64,000 nucleotides of DNA, from NCBI GenBank assembly GCA_951406725.2, contig OX597834.1, forward strand, positions 45,446,001 through 45,510,000. The letters are read 5' to 3'. The translations under genes were made by a program, and so were the position numbers. Under the pieces are notes generated by a model. The model saw only the letters and a program-made list of their open reading frames with translations. It was not told where the DNA came from and did no database searches. The DNA is from Octopus vulgaris. Taxonomy: Eukaryota. This document shows, piece after piece, positions 39,806 to 56,163 of the stretch (position 1 is its first letter; each line of letters starts with the position of its first letter).

Positions 39806-40470
39806 TAGATGCCGAGAACCCTTCTTAGTATCCTAGCTGTCCCTAATAACACTGTTTTCTGGAGCTCTCCTAAACTGGGCTTTATGTCGATTTCCTCTAT
39901 TCATATGTTCAGATATTTTGGGATAGTTCCCAATACACGTATAACTACTAGGATAATTTTACCCTCACTTTCCATAGACCCTAATTCAATGGCTAGGTCC
40001 CGGTACTTTTGCTATTTTTTCTATACCGCTCATATTGATTTTTTCGTTATTTGGGAATGTAAAGTCAATCATCTGACTCTTCCCATTCTCTTTACTGATA
40101 ACAAAATCAGGCTTTCTAGCTTCTATTACTCCGTTAGTCTGAATGTTAAAGTTCCAAAATATCTTTGCATTTCGTATTTTCTTGTAAGTTATTAGGTTCA
40201 TGGTCATACCAATTTTTAGTATGTTCAAATCCTAACGTTCTACATAACTCCCAGTAGACTACTCTCCTTAGAATTCATGTCCTCTCTTGTATTCTCTCTG
40301 TCTCAGAATGCTGCATTCACTTACTATACGAGTAACGCTTTCCTCTTTTGATTTGCATAATCTACATTAGGAATCTACTTGGTTTTTGTCTATCTTGGCG
40401 TTTACCCAACTAGTCCTTAATGCTTGATCTCTTGCAGCTACTAACACAGTTTCTGTCATCTCTTTATCAC
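39806..40470 (-). mobile_element. R4/Dong-like non-LTR retrotransposon C-terminal fragment (CCHC finger and restriction-like endonuclease)
   Basis: Minus strand: AARDQALRT..CRLCKSKEESVTRIVSEC..; KIFWNFNIQTNGVIEARKPDFVI..MIDFTFP; and ELQKTVLLGTARILRRVLGI*. Confidence 0.85.
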
Positions 40471-40774
40471 AGGTTTTATTGGAGCAACTGAAGTCTTGCA
40501 TGCATAGCAGACTTATTAACTGTAGTCTACGCAGCCATGCTATTCGTTCTTCTCAGTTATATAATACGTTTCTGATTGTTCTTCATTTTCCATAGCTGGG
40601 TTATTTCGTACTTAAAAGTGTTGTATCTAGCTATCTTTTCATCTTCCTTCTTGACTATTCGTGGGTCAAAGGCCATGCAACATCAAGTATATAGCACTTA
40701 TTATTAATGTTATTATTATTATTATTATTGTTGTTGTTATTATTATTGTTATTACTATCATCATCAATATTTAA

Positions 40775-40992
40775 GGCAACGCGCTCGCAGAATCGTTAGC
40801 ATGCTGGGCAAAATGTTTAGTGGCATTTTATCCATCGTTGTTTTGAGTTCAAATTCCACCGAAGACGACTTTGCCTTTCGTTCTTTCCGGAGCCAATAAA
40901 ATAAGTACCAGTAGAGCATTGCGGCCGATGTAATCAACTTACAACCCACCCACCCCCGAAATTGCTGGCATTGTGCCAGAATCTGAAGCCAG
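40775..40992 (+). mobile_element. SINE family C, diverged
   Basis: cgcagaatcgttagcatgctgggcaaaatg..gagttcaaattcc..gactttgccttt. Confidence 0.85.
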
Positions 40993-41049
40993 TATTATTA
41001 ATATGTCCATACACACAAAATTTCAGTGACGTTCTACTGGTAATAGTAT

Positions 41050-41295
41050 ACTAAATATCGGACTACACCCCGCACTCTCATACATCAAGGTTCTTCCCAG
41101 TATTTCTCGCTGTGCCAAGCAAACAAGGCTTTCTACAGAACCAAGAAATTTACCTGAATACACTGCATCTTCAATCACTCAAAAATTTCAAATATTTACC
41201 ACCGTTCCAAATGTTCTTAATACAATTTGGATGATGATAACTTGATGTAATTCAAAATTGTCTGAAGTTCATGTATTCGGTATTCATCCCATTGT
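41050..41295 (-). mobile_element. Second, more decayed R4/Dong-like 3' fragment
   Basis: Minus strand IIQIVLRTFGTV (compare the V.P.V.GALG motif), plus a degenerate QK..L.GTA.IL.K terminus. Confidence 0.5.
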
Positions 41296-41851
41296 TGCAA
41301 TGTCATTTGCTACCAATTTTATCAAAGGAACAAGAATCGTCGATCAACCTACACGCTCCCTCCTCTGGAGTTTTCAAGCGAAGAATGTAACGTACAATCA
41401 CGCACCTAAGAAATGGATATGGATAAGGCGAGCAGTAAAAGTTTGCAGGCTTTCTCTAACATCCAACATGAAACACTTGTCGTTGCGTGAATTCAAGTGA
41501 CGTAAACTTATTCTTCTCAGAATAAAACCTACGCATTCCTATCTGAAAGATTTTCATATAAGTAGTGCTGGTATATGTATGTATGTATATACATATATAT
41601 AGAGGTATATATAGATATAGATATATATACAGAGAGAGGGGGAAGAGACTGACAGAGGTGTCGAGGGCTCGATTCTATGTAGAAGTTGCTAGCCTTTTCT
41701 TACACGATTTTGTACGATGAATTCAGAGGCGTCCTGCGTTCGAGAATTTCTATTTTCTTTGGAAAATATATATATATGTATGTATAAAATAAAGATGAAA
41801 GAAGAATATAATATATATATACATACACACACATATCTATACACACACACA

Positions 41852-41898
<47 letters not shown>

Positions 41899-42225
41899 GT
41901 GGGTATCAAAAGGAAAAATGAAGTGTAAAATTCATCTGACTTATGCCCGTTTCTTAATAACAGTCGTAAACAAAATAATTACATCACAACGAAAAGTAAA
42001 AAAAACATAATATCCACAACAACAAGAATCCAAGATTACACACATTTCTTTGTCGCTTCTCTCCGTCCTTTTACATTTTGTTTTTCATACTTTCGTATAA
42101 GAATAGAATAAAAATTGTCGACATCTTCTCACGCCCTGAAAACTTGTCAGTATTTCAAGTTATTCTCTTTATTTTTTTTCTGTAAAGAAATATGTTCATC
42201 ACTACCATTTATATTCTTGTTGTTG

Positions 42226-42240
42226 TTACTACTACTACAT

Positions 42241-42298
<58 letters not shown>

Positions 42299-42320
42299 CA
42301 CTACTACTACTACTACTACC

Positions 42321-42363
<43 letters not shown>

Positions 42364-42660
42364 TAACTACTACTACTACATTTCCAATTATTGTTATTTT
42401 CACATCATCATCATTATCGTCATTATTTCGACTTTACTTCGAGTACTGGGCCTATCGTCACCATCATCATAGTCAACATCATCCGCGTCATCATCCTCAT
42501 CATCATCGTCGTCGTCATCATCATCATCATCATCACCATCATCATCATCAACATCACCATCACCATCATCATCATCACCATCACCATCATCATCATCTTC
42601 ATTATCTTCATCGTCGTCATCATAGTCATCATCATCATCATCATCATCGTTATCATCCTT
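42226..42660. repeat. (CTA)n/(CCA)n and (CAT)n trinucleotide repeats
   Basis: Seen directly. Confidence 0.93.
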
Positions 42661-43069
42661 GTCATCGACGTTGTGACATTTTCTTATTTATTCATGGCTT
42701 TGGTAAATACATCAGTTCCTTTCTCCTTGGTGTTATGATTAAAATCTTTATGATTAATTCTAGTGTAGATGTGGCTGTCTTTGTTGTAATTATTGCGATG
42801 TAAAAAATGTTATTGTTGTTGTGGTTGATGCTTTTGTTGTTTCTGTGTTTTATTTATTGCAAGACTGTCGAACAAGAAAATACAATTATCTAAAATTCAA
42901 ATGAGAAGAAAGAGCAACAGATGCCAAATAGGAAGAGAAAGCGGCGAGGGGGCCCAAAAAAATGGAAAAAGATTATAAAACTTTGTTGATATACAAAAAT
43001 GTAAAGCTTTGATGAAAATACAAACACACAGACAGATATAGACATGTGTACTTATATATCGAAACATAC

Positions 43070-43080
43070 CTATATATGTA

Positions 43081-43163
<83 letters not shown>

Positions 43164-43545
43164 TATATATATGTATATATATACATATATACATATATAG
43201 GTATATATATATATATATATATACACATACATATATATATACACATATATATATATATATATACACACACACAAATATATATATATATATATACACACAT
43301 ATATATATATATATATATTTATATATAGCTTGTATATGTATATATGTATGTATATATTTACGCACGGAAAATATAAGATTACACCAAATATATATGTATG
43401 TATGAATGTATGTATGTATGTATGTACGTATGTATGAATGTATGTATGTATGTATGTATGTACGTATGTATGTACGTACGTATGTATGTATGTATGTATG
43501 TATGTATGTATGTACGTACGTATGTATGTATGTATGTAAGTACGT
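43070..43545. repeat. (TA)n and (TATG)n microsatellites
   Basis: Seen directly. Confidence 0.93.
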
Positions 43546-44040
43546 AGTTATACGCATATGTATATGTGTGTGCATGCGTGTATTTGGGGAGGATATATAA
43601 AAGGTAGTGAAATGTAGAGTATTTCTCGTAATGAGTTCAAATCCGCACAACACATACTGCCAGTGTGTTTATTTGTTCAAAGTGTAACCGCCTTCGTGAG
43701 GAATAACATTTTCCTACTCAAAACCATTTTTCTTGTTTCATTGCGAGATGAAATTGTTTTAACCTCCGTTTACGTCCCTGAATGGCTATTATTTTTATTT
43801 TTTATTTTTTTCTTCTAATTTCACTACTAATATGTTCAAGTAACCTTAATAATTGAAATTCTGAAGCTATTTCGTCTGGCGACCGGAGAAGGAGATGAAG
43901 AGATTTTCAGTGAGATGGATTTATTTTCATTTAGATTATCTTTGCTGAATGCATAATTGTGTTGCCTTGCATAATCACGATACAGGATTACATAAGACCG
44001 CAGGATTGTGTTTCAGCAAAATTTTATCGACGCTTTCATA

Positions 44041-44299
44041 TCTATATTTAAGAGATGAGGAATTATGTACATTATTTACATTAGTTACAATTGACGGATA
44101 TTTGTCCTCATCCTGTTTCTTGTTAATACAACGTTTCGGCTCATATACCCTCCAGCCTTCATCAGGGGTCCTGGGGAAATTTTGAACCTGGCTTCTCATA
44201 CCTAAGTTATTTTTCGGTATTATTTTTATTATTCATGCCACTGTCTGGAATCGGACTCGGAATCTTGGGGTTAGTAGCCCGCGCTTTTAACCACTACGC
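44041..44299 (-). mobile_element. SINE family D, with a hammerhead-like motif at 44125-44170
   Basis: Minus strand: tRNA-like head, then CTGATGA-a-GGCTggagggtatatgAGCC-GAAAC-GTT-GTA, and tail aattcctcatctcttaaatataga as at 498-520. Confidence 0.88.
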
Positions 44300-44303
44300 T
44301 CAT

Positions 44304-44384
44304 GGGCATATGGCGTAGTGGTTAAGAGCGGAGGCTACTAACTCCAACATTCTGAGTTCCATTCCAGGCAGTGACCTGAATAAC

Positions 44385-44455
<71 letters not shown>

Positions 44456-44630
44456 CAACAACAACAACAACAACAGTAACATCAAAAAATACTTAGGAAC
44501 GGGAGCCCAGGTTCAAAATTTCCCCCAAGACACCTGATGAAACCTGGAGGGTATATCAGCCGAAAAGTTGAGTTAACAACAAACAAGATGAGGACAAATG
44601 TCCGGCTATTATAAATAATGTAAATTATGT
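44304..44630 (+). mobile_element. SINE family D, head-to-head with the preceding copy
   Basis: gggcatatggcgtagtggttaagagcg (A box), gagttccattcc (B box), (AAT)n, and gacac-CTGATGA...cagcc-GAAA. Confidence 0.88.
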
Positions 44631-44635
44631 ATGAT

Positions 44636-44819
44636 TTTACTTGTTTCTGTCATTTGACTGCGGCCATGCTGGAGCACCGGCTTTCGTCGAGTAAATCGAC
44701 TCCAGTACTTATTCTATGGGTCTCTGTTGTTGAGACGCTAAGTTACGGGGATGTAAGCACATCAGCAACCGTTCTCAAGCGATGTTGGGGTGGGAGAGAA
44801 CAAACACAGACACACAAAG

Positions 44820-44858
<39 letters not shown>

Positions 44859-45008
44859 CGTATACATATATGCGACGGGCTTCTTTCAGTTTCTGTCTAC
44901 CAAATCCAATCACAAAGCCTTGGTCGGCCCGAAGCTATAGTAGAAGACACTTGCCCAAGATGCCACTCAGCGGGACTGAATTCGGAACCATATGGTTGGT
45001 AAGCAAGC
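44636..45008 (-). mobile_element. SINE family A
   Basis: ttttacttgtttctgtcatttgactgcggccatgctggagcaccg is the reverse complement of the family A tail. Confidence 0.9.
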
Positions 45009-45100
45009 TGACAAAATTTCTGAGATGCTTTTCCCGTAATACCATAATTTAAATTGAACTATACCTATTGTATTACGTAAAATACACACAAAAATCTTAT

Positions 45101-45135
45101 TACTGTCATGGCCAAAATTTTGGAACACACGACTG
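45101..45135 (+). mobile_element. Solo Tc1-like terminal inverted repeat (tentative)
   Basis: ta-ctgtcatggccaaaattttggaacac resembles Tc1-type CAGTxxxGCCAAAAGTxTxGxAC ends. No partner end was found. Confidence 0.4.
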
Positions 45136-45760
45136 AAATTAGAATTGCTTTTATTAATTTCCCAAAGTTATATTTTATTTGGACTATATCATTACTTCGC
45201 TAAAAGTTTTGAACATAGGTCAGAAATATAGAAATTTTAAAATTAAACGCCGAAATATATACAACGTATATAAAACATATACAACGTATATATTTGAATC
45301 GAATTGTACTTGGGTATAGCAAATTTAAATTAAAAGACAAAATGCATCAAACTTTTCGCCACTACTCCAGGTGTTGATCTCGTTTGGCTTTTGAAATAGA
45401 AATGCATATGACAATATTCACAGAGTCTTAAGCCAATTATTCGCATAGACAATACATATCTCACTATCTGTTATAATTCGATCAAAATAGTGGTTTCTTA
45501 CTATTAATTAATTGTCATAAATTGTTGAACGCACTGCTTTATTGTCGGTGGACATGTCATAAGCCATTCAATTTTTCAGTTTATAGTATATGGAAACATA
45601 TGGAGAGCAAAATATGAAAAGAGACACCCGCGTATATGAATATAGATCAGTCATAAGAAAGAATAATAAAAATAGAAGTCTTTCTCTTTATTGTTGCTGA
45701 GTACGTGTGTTACTACGAGTGTATGTGTTTTTAGTGTGTATATGTTCTGATGAAATTTTA

Positions 45761-45809
<49 letters not shown>

Positions 45810-45915
45810 TGTGTGTATGTGTGTGTATCTGTGTGTAAAAATATATATTTATATACCCTATTTATATATATATATATGTTTGTGTGTATATGAATAAATG
45901 TATATATATATATAT

Positions 45916-46072
45916 AGGCGTAGGAGTGGCTGTGTGTTAAGTAGCTTGCTTACGCGTTCTGGGTTCAGTCTCACCGCGTGGCACCTTGGGCAAGTGTCTT
46001 CTACTATAATCTCGGACCGACCAGAGCCTTGTGAGTGGATTTGGTAGACGGAAAATGAAAGAAGCCTATTGT
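45916..46072 (+). mobile_element. SINE family A, 5' half, after (TA)n
   Basis: aggcgtaggagtggctgtgtg...ccttgtgagtggatttggtagacgg. Confidence 0.88.
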
Positions 46073-46674
46073 ATATATGTATATATGCATTCCAACAATA
46101 CTACCTCAGATTGATCCCGAGAGTAAAATTTCAGGCCCGGATTCCAAATGAGGACATTCTGAGAAAAACGAGTTCGAAACAACTGTAAGATATTCTAGCA
46201 GAATCCTGATTCCGCATGTTTGGTTACATTTTACGTCTTGCCGATGAACAACTCGAACTCACCGAAGTCAGACCTGACATTTTTACATTAAGTTAACAAA
46301 ACCGCCACCTTCGTACATTGGATTCCACATGTGGCACCCTTTTCCTTTCGAAAATGTATCCTTAGACTCAGTGCTAACCACGAAATTCTTTTGAAAATGA
46401 AATTAGGAAACATCACAAATTTTAGAGCCTTTAATAATATGTTTGGATTCTCTGATCTGAGTAATAAATAACATCTATAAAGTAAATAACGATACTATAC
46501 AGAGGCGGTTCTCCTTCATTATATCACTAACAAGAAAAGAAACAAAATCACAAGTAATGAATAGCGTAACAGTAATACAAACATGAAAAGCGGGGCCAAC
46601 ATATAACTGCCTCATAAATAAGGAATAATGTATTTTACAAATATTAAGTGTACACCACATTGAAAGATCGTGAA

Positions 46675-46810
46675 GGTGCATGGTCCAGTAGTAAGGGCAC
46701 TGTAATCATTGTCGTAAGAACGTGGGTTCGATTTCCAGACAGGGCAGTATACTGTGCTCATGAGCAAAACACTGGATTTAAAGTGACTCCAATCCACTCA
46801 GCTGTAAATG
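46675..46810 (+). mobile_element. Degenerate tRNA-headed SINE (family B-like)
   Basis: gcatggtccagtagtaagggcac...gggttcgatttccagac...tgagcaaaacac. Confidence 0.55.
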
Positions 46811-47326
46811 GTTTCCAGCAATATCTGAGATGTTGTTCCCCCAACGAAACGGTGGCCCTGCCACGGAACGTGTAGTAGTCTTGGTGAATTATACGCCATG
46901 GAAACCGAATTAATTCGTGCCATTCCGTGTCGGACTGAAGCGCAGATTTAAGTATAGGTTTTCCCAACACACTCACATTGGAAATTCACTGTTCTTTGGT
47001 AAAACTTCATTACGTGTATAATAATAGGTTGGTTGAATAAGAAAGTATGATTGATATGTAAAAACATTCATAGAAAGCAAAACACTCCAAGAGCGATGAA
47101 ATGTTGTTCCGGTTATCAAGTGATTGAAATATATTGAAATTAAAATGAGAATTAAAATGGCGCAAATCGATATTGTACATGTACGGAAGGAGGATATTGC
47201 GAAATCAGTTTAGAGGACGATAGTTTTGCGGACCCTGCTTTGGTGATGGTATATATTGGCTCCGGAAGGAAACACACGCGTGCCGCGCAACCACGTACTC
47301 ATACACACACACTCGCATGTGCACGC

Positions 47327-47380
<54 letters not shown>

Positions 47381-47692
47381 CATAATGGATATCGCGGATA
47401 CATACATACATGCATACATATATATGCAGATAGGGAGACTAAGAGATAAATACGAGACATTGACATTCATCTCGCACAGATAACAAAAAAATATTCGTAC
47501 ACACATAAACACACAGAGAAAGGGAAAATGCGAAAGAAACGTGAAAATGTGAGAAACGATAAAATGACTGATATTCACTAAATCACCCTCAAATCAGAAT
47601 CGCCAAAAAGGCGGAGCCAAAGAGTCTGTGCTGAAACATTTCATAACTGTAGAATCTTACCATGCTGTTTGTTGTGTGTGGCCTATATGTTG

Positions 47693-47993
47693 TTTGTTCC
47701 TTCTCGAGCCACGCTTGGCTCATAAGGGCCGATTTCCTGGTTTCCTTGGCGTATAGGTTCCACAACTGGACGGGACGCCGGTCCGTCGCAAGTGAGCTGC
47801 AAGATGCAGGAGGAAAGAGTGAGAGTAAGTTGTGGCGAAAGAGTCAGCAGAAGCTCGCCATTACCTTCTGCCGGAGCCGCGTGGAGCTTAGGTGTTTCGC
47901 TCATAAACACACACATTGCGCGGTCTGAGATTCGAACCCGTGATCCCTCGACCGCGAGTCCGCTGCTCTAACCACTAGGCCATGTGCCTCCAC
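47693..47993 (-). mobile_element. SINE family B (variant subfamily)
   Basis: Reverse complement of gtggaggcacatggcctagtggttagagcagcggactcgcggtcgagggatcacgggttcgaatc. Confidence 0.9.
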
Positions 47994-48671
47994 TGTGTGA
48001 CCTATATAGCATTTATTAAGTATTAAAACTGACCTGGGTTGTGTTTGAACTCAGAACGAGCATGGCCTGACACTAGAAATACATTCTACTCTTCAAGTTT
48101 TATTGTCCTACACTTTAATAATTATGGCAAAGTATAAATCGTTCTTATTATTAATGTTATTGTTGTTGTTTAACAACAAGAATATAAATTGCACTTTTAA
48201 CAGGTTTTTGACAAGTTAATAATTGAAATTGTAAAGCTGTGAGTTTTAAACTTCTATTTGCTGAGATTTATGAAATTTTTAAGATTTGATATCATTATAG
48301 ATGGCAGTTTCTAGTGAAATAATCATCCGGCGTTTATATTTGGACAGTCGCTTTATTTAAATTGACAGAACAAAGTTTAGAGAGAAAAAAACACGACATA
48401 AATCAAAATAACTCGAGCAGAACATCTTTAATCGCGTCAAATTTCAGTCTCAAACTCGAGGAAGAAAAGAGAATTGATTAGAATATAAATAAATAATTAA
48501 AGACGAAGAAAGAATTATGCAACATTTTCAGAAGTTACCGAAGCGCGTGGTTCAGGGTTGCAAGTGTATGTGTCAGGTATGTTGAGCGGGTTTCTTCAAA
48601 CTTGGCCTCCGGTTTAAGTACTTGATGCACTGTGAACGGACTTTGGTGGACGGAGCGGAAATTTTATGCGC

Positions 48672-48737
48672 AGTATTTACATTATTTATATTATTTACAT
48701 TCGACGGTTATTTGTCCTCATCTTGGTTGTTGTTAAA
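48672..48737 (-). mobile_element. SINE family D 3' tail fragment
   Basis: The reverse complement ttaacaacaaccaagatgaggacaaataaccgtcgaatgtaaataa matches 435-490. Confidence 0.75.
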
Positions 48738-48764
48738 GACTGTTGTTCCAAAAAATGTTTGTAT

Positions 48765-49240
48765 GGACGGATAATGGATCTTCTATCGTAATGTTAAACG
48801 TCGTAAGCAGTGATTTGGTAAAAGGCAAAAAGTTCAACCACAAGCAAGAAGGGAACTTCATGGGAAAAAGGTTCTTCTCTCTATCTGGTGGGATTGCAAA
48901 CGAGTAATTCACTTTGAATTGTTACCACCTGATACAACAATCAATTCTCAAGTCTACTATCAGCAATTAGAGCGTTTAAACCAAGCTTTGAAGGAAAAAA
49001 GACACGATTTAGTGAATCGAAAAGGAGGGATGTTTCATCAGGACAATGCGCGACGCCACACTGCAAAGATCACATCACAGACGACCGAAGAGCTTGGTTG
49101 GGAAAAAATTCCTCATCCACCTTATTCCCCCAACCTTGCTCCTTCAGACAACTATTTGTATCGTAGTTTACAGAATCTATTGGGGGACATTTCAGAGTTC
49201 TTCGCTTTGAAACCAAAAGAGATTTACTTTGATGGGATTA
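48765..49240 (+). mobile_element. Mariner transposase catalytic-domain relic (DD34D type)
   Basis: WIFYRN..LHGKKVLLSIWWDCKRVIHFELLP..TINSQVYYQQLERL..FHQDNARRH..HPPYSPNLAPSDNYLYRSLQN. Confidence 0.92.
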
Positions 49241-49358
49241 TGGTTGTGATGCATGTGCCTAGTGTACACTTATTAGACGGGTAATCATGATGGGTATACT
49301 GGGCTTCATATATTTTTACCCCAGTGTCACTTTGATGGCATGCACTGCTCTGTCACTC

Positions 49359-49393
<35 letters not shown>

Positions 49394-49427
49394 CAACAAC
49401 AATAATGATAATGATGATGATGATTTC

Positions 49428-49631
49428 AAATGTTTGCCACAAGGACAGTTTGGGGGAAGGGGTTAATTCGATTACATCGACGCCAGTGCGTAACTTGTAC
49501 TTATTTAATCGACCCCGAAAGGATGAAAGGCAAAGTCGACTTCGGCGGAATTTGAACTCAGAACGTAGTCGCGGACGAAATAACACTAAGCATTTCGCCC
49601 GGCGTGCTAATAATTCTGCCAGCACGCAGGC

Positions 49632-49632
<1 letters not shown>
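49428..49632 (-). mobile_element. SINE family C
   Basis: cgaccccgaaaggatgaaaggcaaagtcgacttcggcggaatttgaactcagaacg. Confidence 0.9.
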
Positions 49633-50070
<438 letters not shown>

Positions 50071-50624
50071 AAACAATGACATAAATAGTGTTTGGTTGCT
50101 TGTTTGGCGGAAAAAAGCACAGAAGGTGAGAGAGAGAGAAGGGGGAGATGGATAGAAAGAGTGACACAGGGAGAATGGAAAGTGATAGTGAAGGTAAGAG
50201 GCCATAACTATTGACGTGTGTATGTAATTGAAGCATTAAATGTAAGTTCGGCCATTTTCATTGAAAAAAACGAAACGTGCAGTAATTTTCTTAACAAGCT
50301 GACTGATAGATACTTTCTCCCTGTCAAAATGGCTGACGGCAACATTTGCCTGGGTTAATGAGCGACATCGTAACACTTTGACAGGATCCGCTATTTTTTT
50401 CTTTTTTTTTTTGCATATTTTAGATCTTTTACCAAGTATTTTATTTCTTAGTAAATGAAGTGAAAAATAAAAGAAAAATCAAAAAATAAATCAGTAGACA
50501 AACGACAAACAATGCAATTGAAACTAACACATAGTGATGGAAACACACATAGGTACATATACACATGCATACATACGCATTTACACATATGTAGATAAAT
50601 GGTGGATATACATATGTATACCTG

Positions 50625-50675
<51 letters not shown>

Positions 50676-50791
50676 GCACACGTACATATGCATCAATAAC
50701 GATGCAGTTTTCTTACATGTGTATACGTATAGGTATCACACACACATACATTCACACATATATACATATATATGCATACCTATATACATAA

Positions 50792-50851
<60 letters not shown>

Positions 50852-51543
50852 GTGCATACATACATACATATATATATACACACATATATATATATACATA
50901 TATATGTTCAATTCAAAAGTTTCGTATTAAGATTGTCAGAGTTATGTATAAGTTTATTGCATCGGAATGTTAAGTCTTGAAGCGAATAACGAAAAAACGA
51001 AAAAGAATAATAATTACACAAAAGTAAACGCCAATCGTAATTTTTGGCTGGTGACATTAATAAAACTCACAGAACGAAAATTTATAAGATGGTTTCCAGC
51101 GTAATCTTAAATATATCTTTTGAATATTCTGATGTGGTTATGTCTGAGACACAAGTTAGAGTAATTGATGAATGCATGTTCAATATAGGATGATATCCAG
51201 AGGCCGAGATCACGTTGTTTTCGAATAATTTTGATGTAAATTATAAACCTCGTACATCAAAGTAAGACATAGTAAAATTAATGATGTATTCACGTATCAA
51301 ACATTCATTACTGGTATCCATCTATGACGCAGGAATGAAGCATTGATATTAGAACCAACAGTACCGCAAGCCATTGTATCTCTGCTATCAACAAGAACGA
51401 AAACGAAACAGACACCTTCTTTGAGACAAAACTTTACATTTATTTGGTCGGAGAAGAGATTCATCTTTTAAAAAGAAGCATGTGATGGGTACATGTCACA
51501 TATGTGCTTCCTCTGCTATATATATATATATATATATAATTAT

Positions 51544-54753
<3,210 letters not shown>

Positions 54754-54879
54754 AACAGGTCGCTCTTGAGTGCTACTGGTAAAATTACGTTAGGTCACTC
54801 TTCAGTGCCACCGGAAAAATGTAATCCAGTACAATTTGTTGCATGGCTGCGTCGACGGCGACTAACCTGTCAACCCCAA

Positions 54880-55300
54880 CAGCCTTGGAAGCTCTGTACA
54901 AAATGATGGAAATATGGGCACAGAAATACGTCTGCGAATTCAGATGGCAGCACAAGCATTTGGTGGTTTGGAATCGTGTGTTTGGTGCCGCCAACAACAT
55001 ATAAATAACAACAGAAAATTGGCTCTTTCCAAATCATTTGTCTTACCATACCTGTTGTATTTTTCTCAAACGTTGACGTCTTCATATTGTGAGAACAATT
55101 CTACCAAAAATGCCTTAATCGCATTTTAAACATTAAATGGAATTGTTTTCTTTTTCTCCAAACACAGATGGCGTTGCGTCTGCGGGAAGCACTTCATTTA
55201 AAGCAACGGTTCTGAAAGACCAAATGAGATGGAAGGTCTGGCCATATTGTTCGAATGGCGGTCGAACGCACACCCAAACAGTTATTTGTGTCGAGCATTC
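54880..55300 (+). mobile_element. RTE-clade LINE C-terminal fragment (decayed)
   Basis: GSSVQNDGNMGTEIRLRIQMAAQAFGGLESCVW..KLALSKSFVLPYLLYFSQTLT, then a frameshifted QMRW..GHIVRM..RTPKQL. Confidence 0.75.
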
Positions 55301-55947
55301 CAGACGTTTCACAATCATTAATAATACTGTTTCCAGGCGAGATATTTCACTGCATTGAGTTCTCTATTGAGACGGTTTGCAATCTTTGAACACACTTCTT
55401 TTTTGGAGCATTTGCTAGGCGATAAGTAACACAATTAGTGTGTCACACACTGAGTGTGAGGGTGACAATATTATCTGGTGCGTGAGATCTTCACAGATGG
55501 GAACTGCAACTCCTCTGTCGCATTCCAACACAACATAAATCCTATGTGTGTTTCTGCATTTGCTTGTTTGAACAAATTCGTAATAAAACAACTCCAAACA
55601 CAGTAAAAAGAGAAGAAAAGAAAAACAGAACAAGAAAGGATTTTAAAAAATGAATAATGATTCAACAAATTATTACTTCATTTTCTCAAATATTTATTTT
55701 TTTCACTTTATTTTAAGGGCATCGTAGCTATTCAGCATTCCACATTTCTTCCGTTCAGGACGAAGTAGTAATTACAGCCATTGCAATAGTTGGGTCTGAA
55801 ACAGAGATAAAGAAATTGATAAGGAATATTCTATTTTATTTTTTAAAGAATTAAATCAGGATTAGTATTTTACCGCAAATCAACCTGATCTTCTTAAGGG
55901 TTACATCTACACAGCAGCATTTTATTGTTATTGTAGTGAGAATTATC

Positions 55948-56163
55948 TACGAAGTGCTGCTGGAAAATTCCTGGCTTTAAAGTTATCGCGAAACACCTGG
56001 TTGGAGGCTCAGCATTCCGAGTTCTTTTACAGGGCTTAGAAAAACAGAACAACTGTTACAATAAATGCGTGAAGTGGGGAATATGTTGAATAAAATTATA
56101 ATCAACTGATTCTCCTGTATTCTTTTTTACTCAAAGCCAGGATCGTTTCTGAAAACCTTCGTA
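55948..56163. mobile_element. Mariner-derived MITE with terminal inverted repeats and TA ends
   Basis: Ends TA-cgaagtgctgctggaaaattcctggcttt and aaagccaggatcgtttctgaaaaccttcg-TA. The internal aataaatgcgtgaagtggggaatatgttgaataa resembles the mariner C-terminus KC...GEYVE*. Confidence 0.75.

Noticed and set aside
42192-42803. 203-aa Thr/His-rich ORF
   Set aside because: Translation of (CTA)n and (CAT)n repeats.
46140-46200. Possible hammerhead (..gttc-GAAAC-aact-GTA)
   Set aside because: The CTGANGA box and stems I and II cannot be reconstructed with confidence.
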